Assembly: GCA_963728825.1 (NCBI GenBank)
Contig: CAVSLA010000003.1
Location: 208,361 to 272,360, forward strand
Direction of reading: 5' to 3'
Length of the DNA: 64,000 bases
Origin: an uncultured Acidobacteriota bacterium
GTDB lineage: Bacteria > Acidobacteriota > Vicinamibacteria > Vicinamibacterales > CAVVIG01
Positions within the stretch are counted from its first letter, which is position 1. Every line of letters starts with the position of its first letter. Of the stretch, positions 27,131 through 36,543 are shown one piece after another. The notes under the pieces are model-generated. The model had not been told where the DNA came from. It worked only from the letters and a program-made list of their open reading frames with translations, and did no database searches. The position numbers were made by a program, and so were the translations under genes.

Positions 27131-27696
27131 GACTTGATCTCGCGGTAGAGCGGCGCCATCTTGCGCACGCGTGCCAGCTGCTGTTCGTCGAAGGTTTCGA
27201 CGGCCGCGCTGCGTCGACGGCCCGCGCGGAAGTTGTACCCGATCAGGCTCATCACTCGCGGCTGCGTGTAATAGGCCTCATAGACCAGATCGCGCAGCGC
27301 CAAGAAGAACCCGGCCGGCGAATCGGTCTTCTCGACGTGGGCGATGACCTCGACCTGGAGATCGGCCATCAGCATGTCGAAGCGCGCCGCATGCGTCGCA
27401 CCGGAGTGCGCGTCGAGCGCGCGGAGGCCCTCCAGAAACAGCGCGCCCAGCTTGGCGTCCTGGCTGGCAATCCGCTCGATATAGGCCACTGTCCCGACGG
27501 CGGATGCCGCCGGCATCCGATCCTGTGCCGGAATGATGACGTCCGCCGCCGCGCGGAGCGTCCGCCGTTCGGCGGTCTGGAGGCGCGCCCACGGCTGGGC
27601 GATCGCGTCGAGCGGTTTGAGCTGAATCAGCTGCGAGACGACGGCGAGCCGGATCGAGCCGCCGACAAAGCGCCGGCGGCTCACCTTTTTTGGCAT
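27127..27696 (-). CDS. gluconate 2-dehydrogenase subunit 3-like small subunit with Tat signal
   Basis: Starts MPKKVSRRRFVGGS at 27696 (the track ORF is over-extended to 27807). 4-nt overlap with the GMC gene. Confidence 0.75.
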   Translation of the reverse strand: MPKKVSRRRFVGGSIRLAVVSQLIQLKPLDAIAQPWARLQTAERRTLRAAADVIIPAQDRMPAASAVGTVAYIERIASQDAKLGALFLEGLRALDAHSGATHAARFDMLMADLQVEVIAHVEKTDSPAGFFLALRDLVYEAYYTQPRVMSLIGYNFRAGRRRSAAVETFDEQQLARVRKMAPLYREIKS

Positions 27697-27697
27697 C

Positions 27698-27746
27698 GTA
27701 AGGGTTGGCGGACCTACGCTTGGCGGACTTGAGAGGTCCGCCTTAC
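27698..27746. repeat. REP-like palindrome unit(s)
   Basis: gtaagg..ggcggacct..ggcggact-tgag-aggtccgcc-ttac. It fills the intergenic gap. Confidence 0.7.
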
Positions 27747-28645
27747 TTCTTGAGGGTTTCCTCGAACCACGCCACCAACGCGGCCTGCGCCTTCTCCGCA
27801 TCGGCATCGCGGAAGCCGTGACCCGCCCCGGGCACTGTGATGAACTTCGACGTGATCCTGGCCTCCTGCATTGCCGCGTACATCTTCTCGCTGTGACTGA
27901 TGTTCACGGTCGTGTCCTTGTCGCCGTGGATGAGCAGCGTCGGCGGATCGTCCGGGGTGACGAACAGGATCGGCGAGATGTCCGCGGCTTTCTCCTTCTC
28001 GAAATTCAGTGCCGGGAATCGCTGTTCCGGCGTCGCCAGCATCGGGCCGCGCGCCATCGTGCGGAGGTCGACCGGCGGAAAATACGCGACCACCGACTGG
28101 ACGCGATTGCTTTCGCGCATGAAGGGCTCCTCAGCCGACGGATCGCCGGCGTCGGACGCCATCCCGAGCACGAGCGACAGATGCCCGCCGGCGCTTCCGC
28201 CATGGACGCCGAGGCGGTTCGGATCGACCCCCCACTGCTTCGCATTGTGGCGGACGAACCGCACGGCCCGCCGGACGTCCGACACCGCGTCAGGCACCTG
28301 ATAGCGCGGGCTGCTGCCATGTCGCACGACCACCACCGTAAAGCCTTTGTCGAGCAGGAACTGGAAACGGGTGGCCGTCTGCTGGGGTGGCGTCCAGCGC
28401 GACACCCACCCACCGCTCACCATGTACAGAATGGCTGCACCGTTGGCGTTCGTCTTCGGCTTCAGGACGTCGAGCGTCATCGCCATGCCGTCCTTGTGGC
28501 CGTACACGAGGTCGGGAACAATCTCGACTTCGGCGGCCGACGCCACGCTGACGAACACTCCCGAGACCGCGAGCGCCGCGACGCCTGTCATCACCGCGCG
28601 ACGGACACCACGAATCAGCCCTTTGGTATCAGTCCTCATTCCCAT
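27743..28645 (-). CDS. secreted alpha/beta hydrolase (esterase/peptidase type)
   Basis: Signal peptide. Nucleophile elbow HGGSAGGH, with later D and H (IHGDKD, GAGHGF). Confidence 0.8.
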   Translation of the reverse strand: MGMRTDTKGLIRGVRRAVMTGVAALAVSGVFVSVASAAEVEIVPDLVYGHKDGMAMTLDVLKPKTNANGAAILYMVSGGWVSRWTPPQQTATRFQFLLDKGFTVVVVRHGSSPRYQVPDAVSDVRRAVRFVRHNAKQWGVDPNRLGVHGGSAGGHLSLVLGMASDAGDPSAEEPFMRESNRVQSVVAYFPPVDLRTMARGPMLATPEQRFPALNFEKEKAADISPILFVTPDDPPTLLIHGDKDTTVNISHSEKMYAAMQEARITSKFITVPGAGHGFRDADAEKAQAALVAWFEETLKK

Positions 28646-28776
28646 CCTCCTCGATTACTATCTACGCCAGCGCAGGGTGGATTGTATCCTGTCGGGGGAC
28701 CGGCTTCGCGGCTCTGGGCTTTAGCCTAAAGCCCAGGCCTGAAGCCTCACAACTCAAGCTTTGAAGAGAGGCTCCA

Positions 28777-30045
28777 ATGCATCGATCGAGAATCATCGTG
28801 GCCTCGGGCCTGCTGGGACTCGCGTGTGTCTGGTCGGTCGCGTCCCTCAGCGCGGTGCCGACGACCAGTCGCCCGGAGGAGGTCGGGCTCTCCTCGGACC
28901 GGCTGAAGCGGATTCAGTCGACGATTCAGCGGCACATGGAGGAGGGCGACATCTCCGGGGCCGTGACGCTGGTCGCGCGCAACGGGCGCGTCGCGCATCT
29001 CCAGGCGCACGGCTACATGGATCTCGAGGCGAAGCGGCCGATGGCGCCGAATGCCGTCTTCCGGATCATGTCGATGACGAAGCCGGTGGTCGGCGCCGCC
29101 ATCCTGATGATGATGGAAGAGGGCAAGCTCCGGCTGTCCGACCCCGTCTCGCGCTACATCCCCGAATACAAGTCATTGAAGGTCGCGGTCGAGACGCCCC
29201 GCCCGGCCGGACCGGGTGCGGCGGCGGGCGATCCGACGTTCTACATGGTGCCGGCAAGCCGCGAAATCACGATCCGCGACCTGCTCACGCACACATCGGG
29301 CCTGGTCAGCGGCGGGATCAGCGCCAGCGAGGCCGGGAAGATCGACCGGGCGCGGACAGACACCCTCGCCACGTACCTGCCGAAGCTCGGTTCCGTACCG
29401 CTCGCCTTCCAACCGGGCACGCGCTGGGCCTATAGTCCCGGCGCCGGCTTCGACGCACTCGGCCGCATCGTCGAGGTCGCGTCCAGCCAGCCGTTCGATC
29501 GGTTCCTGCGAGAGCGGATCTTTCAGCCGCTCGGGATGAACGATACCTACTTCGTCGGCACGGCAGACCGCGCGCCGCGGGTCCCGCTGGTGTACCAGCG
29601 ATCGGCCAAGGGGCTGACGGCACAGCCGGCTCCCACGCAGCCGCCGAGCGGCACGTATTTCGGCGGTGGCGGCGGCCTGGTGAGCACGGCGGAGGATTAC
29701 GTCCGGTTCGCACAGATGCTGTTGAACGGCGGGCAGCTCGAAGGCAAACGGCTGCTTGGCCGCTGGACGGTCGATTTGATGCGGTCGGTCCACGTACCGG
29801 ACACATTCACGGGCCGCCAGCCTGGACGAGCGTTTGGTCTGAGCGTGCAGGTCGTCACCGATCCGGTCGCTGCCGGCTACAGCGTGTCGCCGGGCAGCTT
29901 CGGCTGGATCGGCGCGTGGGGTACCCACTCGTGGATCGATCCAAAGGAAAAAATTGTCGGCATCATGATGGTGCAGACCTCGAACCCGAACCGACAGGTC
30001 GATCGTGACTACGAGACCGCCGTGATGCAGGCGATCGTGGAGTGA
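28777..30045 (+). CDS. serine hydrolase, beta-lactamase/transpeptidase-like family
   Basis: Signal peptide. SxxK motif in FRIMSMTKPVV. Confidence 0.85.
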   Translation: MHRSRIIVASGLLGLACVWSVASLSAVPTTSRPEEVGLSSDRLKRIQSTIQRHMEEGDISGAVTLVARNGRVAHLQAHGYMDLEAKRPMAPNAVFRIMSMTKPVVGAAILMMMEEGKLRLSDPVSRYIPEYKSLKVAVETPRPAGPGAAAGDPTFYMVPASREITIRDLLTHTSGLVSGGISASEAGKIDRARTDTLATYLPKLGSVPLAFQPGTRWAYSPGAGFDALGRIVEVASSQPFDRFLRERIFQPLGMNDTYFVGTADRAPRVPLVYQRSAKGLTAQPAPTQPPSGTYFGGGGGLVSTAEDYVRFAQMLLNGGQLEGKRLLGRWTVDLMRSVHVPDTFTGRQPGRAFGLSVQVVTDPVAAGYSVSPGSFGWIGAWGTHSWIDPKEKIVGIMMVQTSNPNRQVDRDYETAVMQAIVE

Positions 30046-30121
30046 TGGGAAGTAGGCTTCAGGCTGGAAGGCTGATGCGATGAAATTCCGTGCGGATGCG
30101 CTCAGCTGAGGCCTTCGTCAG

Positions 30122-30334
30122 GTGACGACTGTGCAGGGAGTCCGTCGTCGGGCGCACCCGCAACTGCAGCAAACAGCAATCTGCCGCCCTGCAGCCTCAA
30201 GTGATCGACCCGTCGATACCGGCACATCCCTGTTTACCGCGGTACAGGAACAGCTCGGACTCCGGTTGGAATCGCAAAGAGGCCCGGTCGATGTGCTCGT
30301 CATCGATCGCGTCGACCGCCCCACCGCCAACTAA
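30122..30334 (+). pseudogene. remnant of the C-terminus of a TIGR03435-type protein
   Basis: The tail SLFTAVQEQLGLRLESQRGPVDVLVIDRVDRPTAN matches the conserved C-terminal signature of that family as I recall it. No upstream body is present. Confidence 0.5.
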
Positions 30335-30600
30335 ACGCCGATTCTGTCGATGACTTCTTCGTGCAAGACGCGCATCTCCGTCCTCGTCTCTTCGTTCAAT
30401 GCGCGAATCTCTGTCTTCGTCTCATCAACGTGTCTCGCTCCATCCAGCCTCCTGAGACGCGCGTTGCCGGTTCGAAACGCCCGCCGCCAGACGAGTGAGC
30501 GAGAGACATGCCGGAATTAACGCTCTTGCACGAATTCATGCCGGCGGACGACGACGCTAGCATCGTCGGACCGATGTGGCAAGCAACCTATACTCACGCC

Positions 30601-31899
30601 ATGCTGAACATTCAACCGACACAGACGCTGATACTGTCGGTCCTCCTAGTCGCGGTGTTTCAACATCACGGGCCGATCGCCCAGGCGCAACCGCAGGTGC
30701 GTGACGTTGGGAACGGCATCCACGCCGCCATCGGCGCTGAGATGGGCACGGCGGTGCAGATTCCGCAAAGCAACACCTTCATGGTCGTCACCCGCGACGG
30801 CAACGTGATCATCGACACCAGCGGCGGCGCGGTGGCGAAGGCTCATCGTCAGGCGCTGACGGCGATCAGCGCCGCGCCGACGCGCGCGATCGTGCTGACC
30901 CACGCGCATGGCGATCACACCGGCGGATTGCCGCTGTGGATGGAGGCCCAGACACAGCTCGTCGCGCACCAGGCGCGCGTCGAATTCCTCGCAGTGCTTT
31001 CCCGACTGAACGGCTACTTCGCCCGGTCGAACGCCGCACAGTTCGGCGGAGGCGCGGCAGTGACGACGGCTGTCCCACCGGCAGCGGGTGCGAAACCGGC
31101 TGCCCCGATTCAGCCGACCGTCCTGACCGGCGACAAGCACTCCTTCACTATCGGGGGCGTGGCGTTCGACGTGCTGCACACACCAGGCGAGACGCCGGAT
31201 CATGTGACGGTGTGGATTCCGCAGTTCAAGACCGCGTTCGTCGGCGACAACTACTACGGCTCGTTTCCGAACCTCTACACGCTGCGCGGCACGCAACCGC
31301 GCTGGGCGATGGACTACGTCAACTCGCTGAACACAGTCCTCGCGCTGGAGCCGGAGCTGGTGTTGCCGAGCCACGGTCAACCGATTGTCGGCGCCGCCGA
31401 AGTCCGCCGCGTCCTGACCCGCTACCGGGACGCGATTCTTTACGTCCACGATCAGACGGTCGCGGGGATGAACGCGGGCAAGGACGTGCTGGCGCTGATG
31501 CGCGAGATCGCTCTTCCCCCGGCGTTGGACATCGGCGAAACCTACGGAAAGATCAGCTGGTCGGTCCGCGGCATCTACGAAGGCTACGTCGGCTGGTTCG
31601 ACGGCAACCCGTCGACGATGTTCGGGCCGCCCAGCCAGGCGTACCCGGAAATGGTGCGGCTGGCGGGTGGACCGGAGTCGGTCGCCCGTCGCGCCGGCGA
31701 GCTTGCGGCGACCGATGCGCTGCTCGCCCTCTACCTCACCGACATGGTGCTGGCGGTCGATCGGACGAACCGGGTCGCGCTGAACGCGCGGATCGCCGCG
31801 CTGCAGGCACTCGAAAAACGATCCACAAACAGCAACGAGCGCGGGTGGCTGGCCGCTGGCATTCGACAGTCCCAGGCGACGCTTGACGCAATTCGTTGA
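30601..31899 (+). CDS. secreted MBL-fold metallo-hydrolase, alkyl-sulfatase-like
   Basis: THAHGDHTGG motif. The signal peptide begins at ATG 30601 (the ORF is open from 30508). The C-terminal helical region resembles sulfatase dimerisation domains. Confidence 0.75.
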   Translation: MLNIQPTQTLILSVLLVAVFQHHGPIAQAQPQVRDVGNGIHAAIGAEMGTAVQIPQSNTFMVVTRDGNVIIDTSGGAVAKAHRQALTAISAAPTRAIVLTHAHGDHTGGLPLWMEAQTQLVAHQARVEFLAVLSRLNGYFARSNAAQFGGGAAVTTAVPPAAGAKPAAPIQPTVLTGDKHSFTIGGVAFDVLHTPGETPDHVTVWIPQFKTAFVGDNYYGSFPNLYTLRGTQPRWAMDYVNSLNTVLALEPELVLPSHGQPIVGAAEVRRVLTRYRDAILYVHDQTVAGMNAGKDVLALMREIALPPALDIGETYGKISWSVRGIYEGYVGWFDGNPSTMFGPPSQAYPEMVRLAGGPESVARRAGELAATDALLALYLTDMVLAVDRTNRVALNARIAALQALEKRSTNSNERGWLAAGIRQSQATLDAIR

Positions 31900-32015
31900 T
31901 TGTTGGCGAGCCTGACAGGCCGGCGCACCTACCCGCCCGGCTCGCCGCTGCTGGTCGACCGCAGCGTTTTCAGACATTTGTGCCGGAACTAATTCGCCGC
32001 TAAAATTCCGGCACG

Positions 32016-32180
32016 ATGCCCTGGACGTGTCCGGCCTGCAGCCTGGCCATCCATCACAGTGAGTCCGAGCCTTCACCGCGCACCGGCGTGGTGTATCGCT
32101 GCCACATCTGTCGGCTCGAGCTGATTCTGGATCCCGTCACCAACAAGCTGGTCCTCGCGCCGATGCGCGACCGCCAATAG
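32016..32180 (+). CDS. 54-aa zinc-ribbon-like peptide (not in the ORF track)
   Basis: Own translation: MPWTCPACSLAIHHSESEPSPRTGVVYRCHICRLELILDPVTNKLVLAPMRDRQ. Two CxxC pairs and GC3-rich codons. Confidence 0.4.
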   Translation: MPWTCPACSLAIHHSESEPSPRTGVVYRCHICRLELILDPVTNKLVLAPMRDRQ

Positions 32181-32215
32181 AATTCATAATTGTAAATTTA
32201 CAATTGTAAATTCCC

Positions 32216-32572
32216 CTAGCGCCACTCCGGATCGTAGCCGCGCCGCCGGAGCTGCTGCTCCACCCTGATGCTCAGCGAGAACAGGGCCATCACCTGCACG
32301 AGCGCGATGATCGCGTAGATGGCGTACCTGGTAAACGCCGACGGATCCGGCCAGCACGTGAAGCCGCCCTCGAGGCACGCCTGCACGTGACGATCGAGCT
32401 CGACATGCTCGCGCATGATGAGAGCGATTGCCGAGGCGAAGATCACGAAGCTCCCGGCGAGGCTGCCAAGGATTGGCTGGTTCACGCGCCACATCGGATA
32501 CGCCATCACCAGGCCGGCCAGAGCTGGCGCGAGGGCGCCGACACCGATCCAGAACCAGCTCAGGGTGGCCAA
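32216..32572 (-). CDS. hypothetical membrane protein
   Basis: 118 aa with three or four hydrophobic helices. Confidence 0.6.
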   Translation of the reverse strand: MATLSWFWIGVGALAPALAGLVMAYPMWRVNQPILGSLAGSFVIFASAIALIMREHVELDRHVQACLEGGFTCWPDPSAFTRYAIYAIIALVQVMALFSLSIRVEQQLRRRGYDPEWR

Positions 32573-32575
32573 TGC

Positions 32576-33262
32576 TCACGCGTCCGCGCCGACCGGCCCG
32601 ACCGCCAGCCGATTGATGTCTTGTGCATAGAGGACGCGCTTGGGATACCCGGAGGCGGCCGCCTGAATCAGCGCTCGACCGAGGGCAGCGGTGGTGGTGG
32701 TGGCGTTCGGCAGAACCCGGCGCACCAGCGGATAAAGAGGGGCGACCATCGAATACACTGCCTGGACCCAGGCCGTCCGGGATCTGACGCCGCCAACCGG
32801 CTGGATGTAGCCCGGCCGGAACATGTACGAGGCCCGGAACGGCAGCGCCAACAGCGCGTTTTCAGTCCTGCCCTTCACACGCGCCCACATCGTCCGACCC
32901 TGTCCCGTGCTGTCGGTGCCCACACCTGACACATAGCAGAACGTCATTCTGGGATTGGCTTCGACCAGCGCTCGCGCCGCGGCCAAAGTGAGATCGTAGG
33001 TCAGGTGCGTGTACGCCGGTTCGCTCATGCCGATCGACGACACGCCCAGGCAGAAGAAGCAGGCATCGCACTGCGCGAAGCCGGCGCCGCAGTCGTCGTA
33101 ATGGAAGAAGTCGTCGCGCCGCACCTCGCGGATCTTCGGATGAATACGACCGATGGGCGATCGCGTGATGGCCACGACCGATCGCACGCGCTCGTCGTCG
33201 AGACACTCGTCAAGCGCTCCCGCGCCGACCATCCCGGTCGCCCCGAAAAGGACGACGTTCAT
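32576..33262 (-). CDS. NAD(P)H-binding (atypical SDR/epimerase-like) protein
   Basis: Starts MNVVLFGATGMVG at 33262. Track ORF 32576-34186 is over-extended through the upstream gene in another frame. Confidence 0.8.
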   Translation of the reverse strand: MNVVLFGATGMVGAGALDECLDDERVRSVVAITRSPIGRIHPKIREVRRDDFFHYDDCGAGFAQCDACFFCLGVSSIGMSEPAYTHLTYDLTLAAARALVEANPRMTFCYVSGVGTDSTGQGRTMWARVKGRTENALLALPFRASYMFRPGYIQPVGGVRSRTAWVQAVYSMVAPLYPLVRRVLPNATTTTAALGRALIQAAASGYPKRVLYAQDINRLAVGPVGADA

Positions 33263-34110
33263 CGCTGGTGGTCGATGCCGTCGAAGACATCGCGCAGTGG
33301 CCACCGTGGAACCGGGCCGCGCGTCGCGCCGAGCGCGAACACCTCCTGCTCCATGATCGGCGCAAACGCGTCGAGACGGCGCGCCTGTTCGGGCGGCGGA
33401 TCGCGCAGCATCTCGAGCGAGACACCGAAGGCGGCTTGATGCGCGGCGAAAGCCGCGAGCTTGCGATCCATGAGCGGACGCGCGTCGAACGCGACGGCGA
33501 CCATCTCGTTGCTGACGGCGAAGACCTCCGGGTCGAGGCCATCGACGATACCCCAGCCCTGCGTCCTGACGGCGTGCTCGCGGAAGACGTCCACGGCGAA
33601 CGTGCTGTAGAAGAGCCGCTCCGGCGCAGCGTCCGCCGGAGCGATCGCGCCGCTCGAGTAGAACGCGGCAGTCGCCGCGCGGTGCACCGCGATGTGATCG
33701 GGATGGTAGTAGCCGCCGTGGGGATCGAACGTGACGATGACCTGCGGCTTGACGTCGCGGATGACGTCGAGGATCGCGGCCTCGACCTCCAGCATGTCGG
33801 CGTTGACCAGCGCCCGCGGATCGTCGCGGCGCAGGCGCTCCTTCCTCGCCGAGTCGTGGAAGCCAAGGAAACGTGGTTCCTGGAACCCGAGGATCTCGCA
33901 CGACCGACGAAGCTCTCCCGCGCGATGCTCGCCCAGATCCGCGACCGGGCCGACTGATGGATGCGGCTTCCCCGCTTCCCCCTTGGTCGCGCACGCCAGT
34001 GTGACCTGCACGCCACCGTCGGCCAGATGGGCGAGCATCCCGCCGCCGTGGAACAGCTCGTCGTCCGGGTGGGCGTAAACGGCGAGGATTGAGGCGCGGC
34101 GTCCGAGCAT
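33259..34110 (-). CDS. PIG-L/LmbE-family deacetylase
   Basis: ILAVYAHPDDELFHGGG and HPDH motifs. ATGA overlap with the downstream gene. Confidence 0.85.
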   Translation of the reverse strand: MLGRRASILAVYAHPDDELFHGGGMLAHLADGGVQVTLACATKGEAGKPHPSVGPVADLGEHRAGELRRSCEILGFQEPRFLGFHDSARKERLRRDDPRALVNADMLEVEAAILDVIRDVKPQVIVTFDPHGGYYHPDHIAVHRAATAAFYSSGAIAPADAAPERLFYSTFAVDVFREHAVRTQGWGIVDGLDPEVFAVSNEMVAVAFDARPLMDRKLAAFAAHQAAFGVSLEMLRDPPPEQARRLDAFAPIMEQEVFALGATRGPVPRWPLRDVFDGIDHQR

Positions 34111-34245
34111 GACGCGAGTCTAGAGCATTCCAGGCGCGCTTTTTGGGCGGGTCAAGGCTTTTCGGACGTCGTGAGCCCCTTTTCATCCCGTTGACGCGTC
34201 TAGCGGCTGAGTGTGGGCCGTGTTCACCGCCCCCAAGGAGACGAC

Positions 34246-34431
34246 ATGAATCGGTTTGGGATATGGATACCTGCGGTGGTTGCAGTGGCTTTTGCGGTCG
34301 CGATGTTCGCGTGGCCCCTGCTGGCGCAGCAGCCCGTCGCTCCGGACCGACCGGTCCCTGGTCTCGAGGTTCGACATCCGGACCGTTGGTCCCTGGAGTC
34401 TCGGTCTCCTGTGCTCACCATCGCACAGTGA
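34246..34431 (+). CDS. 61-aa secreted/membrane peptide
   Basis: AAGGAG lies 6 nt upstream of the ATG at 34246. Signal-like MNRFGIWIPAVVAVAFAVAMFAWPLLAQQ. Confidence 0.45.
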   Translation: MNRFGIWIPAVVAVAFAVAMFAWPLLAQQPVAPDRPVPGLEVRHPDRWSLESRSPVLTIAQ

Positions 34432-34460
34432 CACGTGAGGGTACTGGGTGCTGGGCAAAC

Positions 34461-35999
34461 CTACCGGCCAGCGTCCGGGCGCTGGCGGACGATCCGTTCG
34501 GCGGATGCGCTGAGGACGTACTTCGGGTTGCGGTCGTCGTAGTACGGGGCAAACAGAATTTCGGTCATGCGCCGCTCATCACGAGTTGCGGCGGGGTCGT
34601 TCGGGTAGCCGGCGATCAACACCACCGTCGGATCCAGGCTTTCCGGGTGCGGCTCGATTCGGAACGAGAAGTCCGGCTCCGAGCGGTGGGCATCGACGAA
34701 CGAAATCACCCGTGTCACGTAGAGCGACTGGTAGCGGTTGGTGCGGCCGACCTCACGGGCGGTTCTGATGGTACCCGTCGCGTGGATGAACGCGAACGCG
34801 ACGAGCACCGCCATCAACACCGCCGTTCTGCGGCCGGACAGCCGATCGAAATCGACCAGCGCATAAACGAGCGGCATCAGGAGAACCGCCGGCAGGTAGG
34901 CGTAATAGGTGATCGCGGACACTTCGTCGGACGAGCGGCCAAATGCGATGAGCGCCGCATACGTCAGCAGCCCGGTCAACAGCAGCACCGCAAGCGGGCT
35001 GACGCGTCGCAGCCGTTCCGATGACGTCGAAAAGCCTGTCGCGACGACTCCCAGCACGACAACGGCGAGGTTCGCCATCTGCAAAGGATCGCTCCACGAG
35101 AACGCGAAGCTTTTGCCGAACCGTTCGTACGGAACCGACGTCAGCTGCAGCGCCGCGGGCAGTGCCAGCTCCAGGGTCCAGACGGTCAGGACGCGGCCGG
35201 CCCCGATCAGGACGCTGCCGGCATTCGCCGCCTCGAAGAGGGCCTGACCGTCTGCGCGATCGACATAGCCGAGGCGAGGCGCACGCAGAGCGTGCGCCGC
35301 ATACAGCGCGGAGAACACGATCACCGGCACGAGCACGGCGATGAGGCGGCGCCATGATGGCCGCGTGGGCTGCCTGACGTGCAGGATCGCGGCGCCAGCA
35401 GCGGCAATCGGCACCATGGCCTCGTAGGAGAGCGCCGCGAGCGTCAATGCAGCGGCGTAACCGACGTAGGTATCCCGGGACAGCTGACCGTCCAGCAATC
35501 TGACGAACGACCGCAGGCCAATGGCCAGAAACAAACACGCCAGCAGATAGCCGCCCAGATGATTCCAGAGCACGAGCTCCATCGGCGGTTTGAGGACGAG
35601 AAACAACACCGCCGTCGGCAGGGCGAGCAGCGAGGGACGGATCGCCAGGAGCAGCCGCAGGATCGCGACAGCAACGGCCCAATGGATGGCGACGTTCGCC
35701 ACGTTCCACCACCAGTGATGGTACGTGAACAGACGATTGGCGATGGCGAGCCAGATGAACAGCACGGGCCGGAACAGCAGGTCGTCGCCCTTCCAATAGA
35801 CCCGGGAGAGCGCGTAGTCGACATGACGGAGACCGGCCGCCAGCGACTGTTCCCCGCCGACTTCAGCGAAGTAGGTCAGCTGATCGGCGGCAAACACGCG
35901 GTCGAGCGCCGGACCGTAGACCGCATAAGCCATCACCAGAAGCATGACGCTCCCGATCCGCCAGTCCAGGAGCGCGTTGCGAACCGCCGTCAATCGCAT
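34461..35999 (-). CDS. polytopic membrane protein (glycosyltransferase-39/ArnT-like topology), function unknown
   Basis: 512 aa with at least 10 hydrophobic helices followed by a soluble C-terminal domain. Confidence 0.7.
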   Translation of the reverse strand: MRLTAVRNALLDWRIGSVMLLVMAYAVYGPALDRVFAADQLTYFAEVGGEQSLAAGLRHVDYALSRVYWKGDDLLFRPVLFIWLAIANRLFTYHHWWWNVANVAIHWAVAVAILRLLLAIRPSLLALPTAVLFLVLKPPMELVLWNHLGGYLLACLFLAIGLRSFVRLLDGQLSRDTYVGYAAALTLAALSYEAMVPIAAAGAAILHVRQPTRPSWRRLIAVLVPVIVFSALYAAHALRAPRLGYVDRADGQALFEAANAGSVLIGAGRVLTVWTLELALPAALQLTSVPYERFGKSFAFSWSDPLQMANLAVVVLGVVATGFSTSSERLRRVSPLAVLLLTGLLTYAALIAFGRSSDEVSAITYYAYLPAVLLMPLVYALVDFDRLSGRRTAVLMAVLVAFAFIHATGTIRTAREVGRTNRYQSLYVTRVISFVDAHRSEPDFSFRIEPHPESLDPTVVLIAGYPNDPAATRDERRMTEILFAPYYDDRNPKYVLSASAERIVRQRPDAGR

Positions 36000-36041
36000 C
36001 TCACGTCTCGAATTCCGAAAGTGCTCCGTGAATCGTACAGC

Positions 36042-36107
36042 GGCTTCACCCCACGGTGCTTTCGGCTTCGCCGCAGAGTGCTAGGGGCTTCGCCGCAGGG
36101 TGCTGGG
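36042..36107. repeat. three tandem 22-bp units (ggcttcgccgcagRgtgctNgg)
   Basis: The units start at 36042 (degenerate), 36064 and 36086. They lie in the divergent region between 35999(-) and 36292(+). Confidence 0.75.
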
Positions 36108-36291
36108 ATTCGACGAGCACGCGGCGACCTCAGTCGTCCAGCACATTGCGTGATTCAGCCAGCACCCTGCGCAACTCAGTAAGCACTTCCATCGAAGCCG
36201 CCCGTGTGGCTGAGGTTCGATCTTGCTTGTGGTCGCACCGGCCGAGGCGTAGAGTCGGCTTGTCGGCACGTCGGCTCATGAGGAGGTTGCG

Positions 36292-36441
36292 ATGGCGAAC
36301 GGGACCAAGTGCGCGCATCCGGCCTGTGATTGCACTGTCGAGAAGGGCGGCGAGTGGGGCAAGTACTGCAGCGAATACTGTAAGAGAAAGGGCGACCAGA
36401 TCGAGCTGCGCTGCGAATGTCGGCATCCGGGGTGCCATTGA
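36292..36441 (+). CDS. SmtA/BmtA-like bacterial metallothionein, 49 aa (not in the ORF track)
   Basis: AGGAGG lies 5 nt upstream. Own translation: MANGTKCAHPACDCTVEKGGEWGKYCSEYCKRKGDQIELRCECRHPGCH. The pattern KCA.P.C.C.V......G.YCSE.C......C.H.GC parallels Synechococcus SmtA as I recall it. Confidence 0.65.
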   Translation: MANGTKCAHPACDCTVEKGGEWGKYCSEYCKRKGDQIELRCECRHPGCH

Positions 36442-36543
36442 GCACCTGGCGACCCTGAAGACAGCGCCCGTCACGCGACCATTGCAGCTTTTGAAGTGCC
36501 GGCCGATCTGTCCGGCTGGCATGGGTCGTGCTGATGAGGCAGC

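Noticed and set aside
32576-34186. 536-aa ORF
   Set aside because: Its N-terminal 300 codons are an Arg/Pro-rich alternative frame across the PIG-L gene. The real gene starts at MNVVLFGATG (33262).
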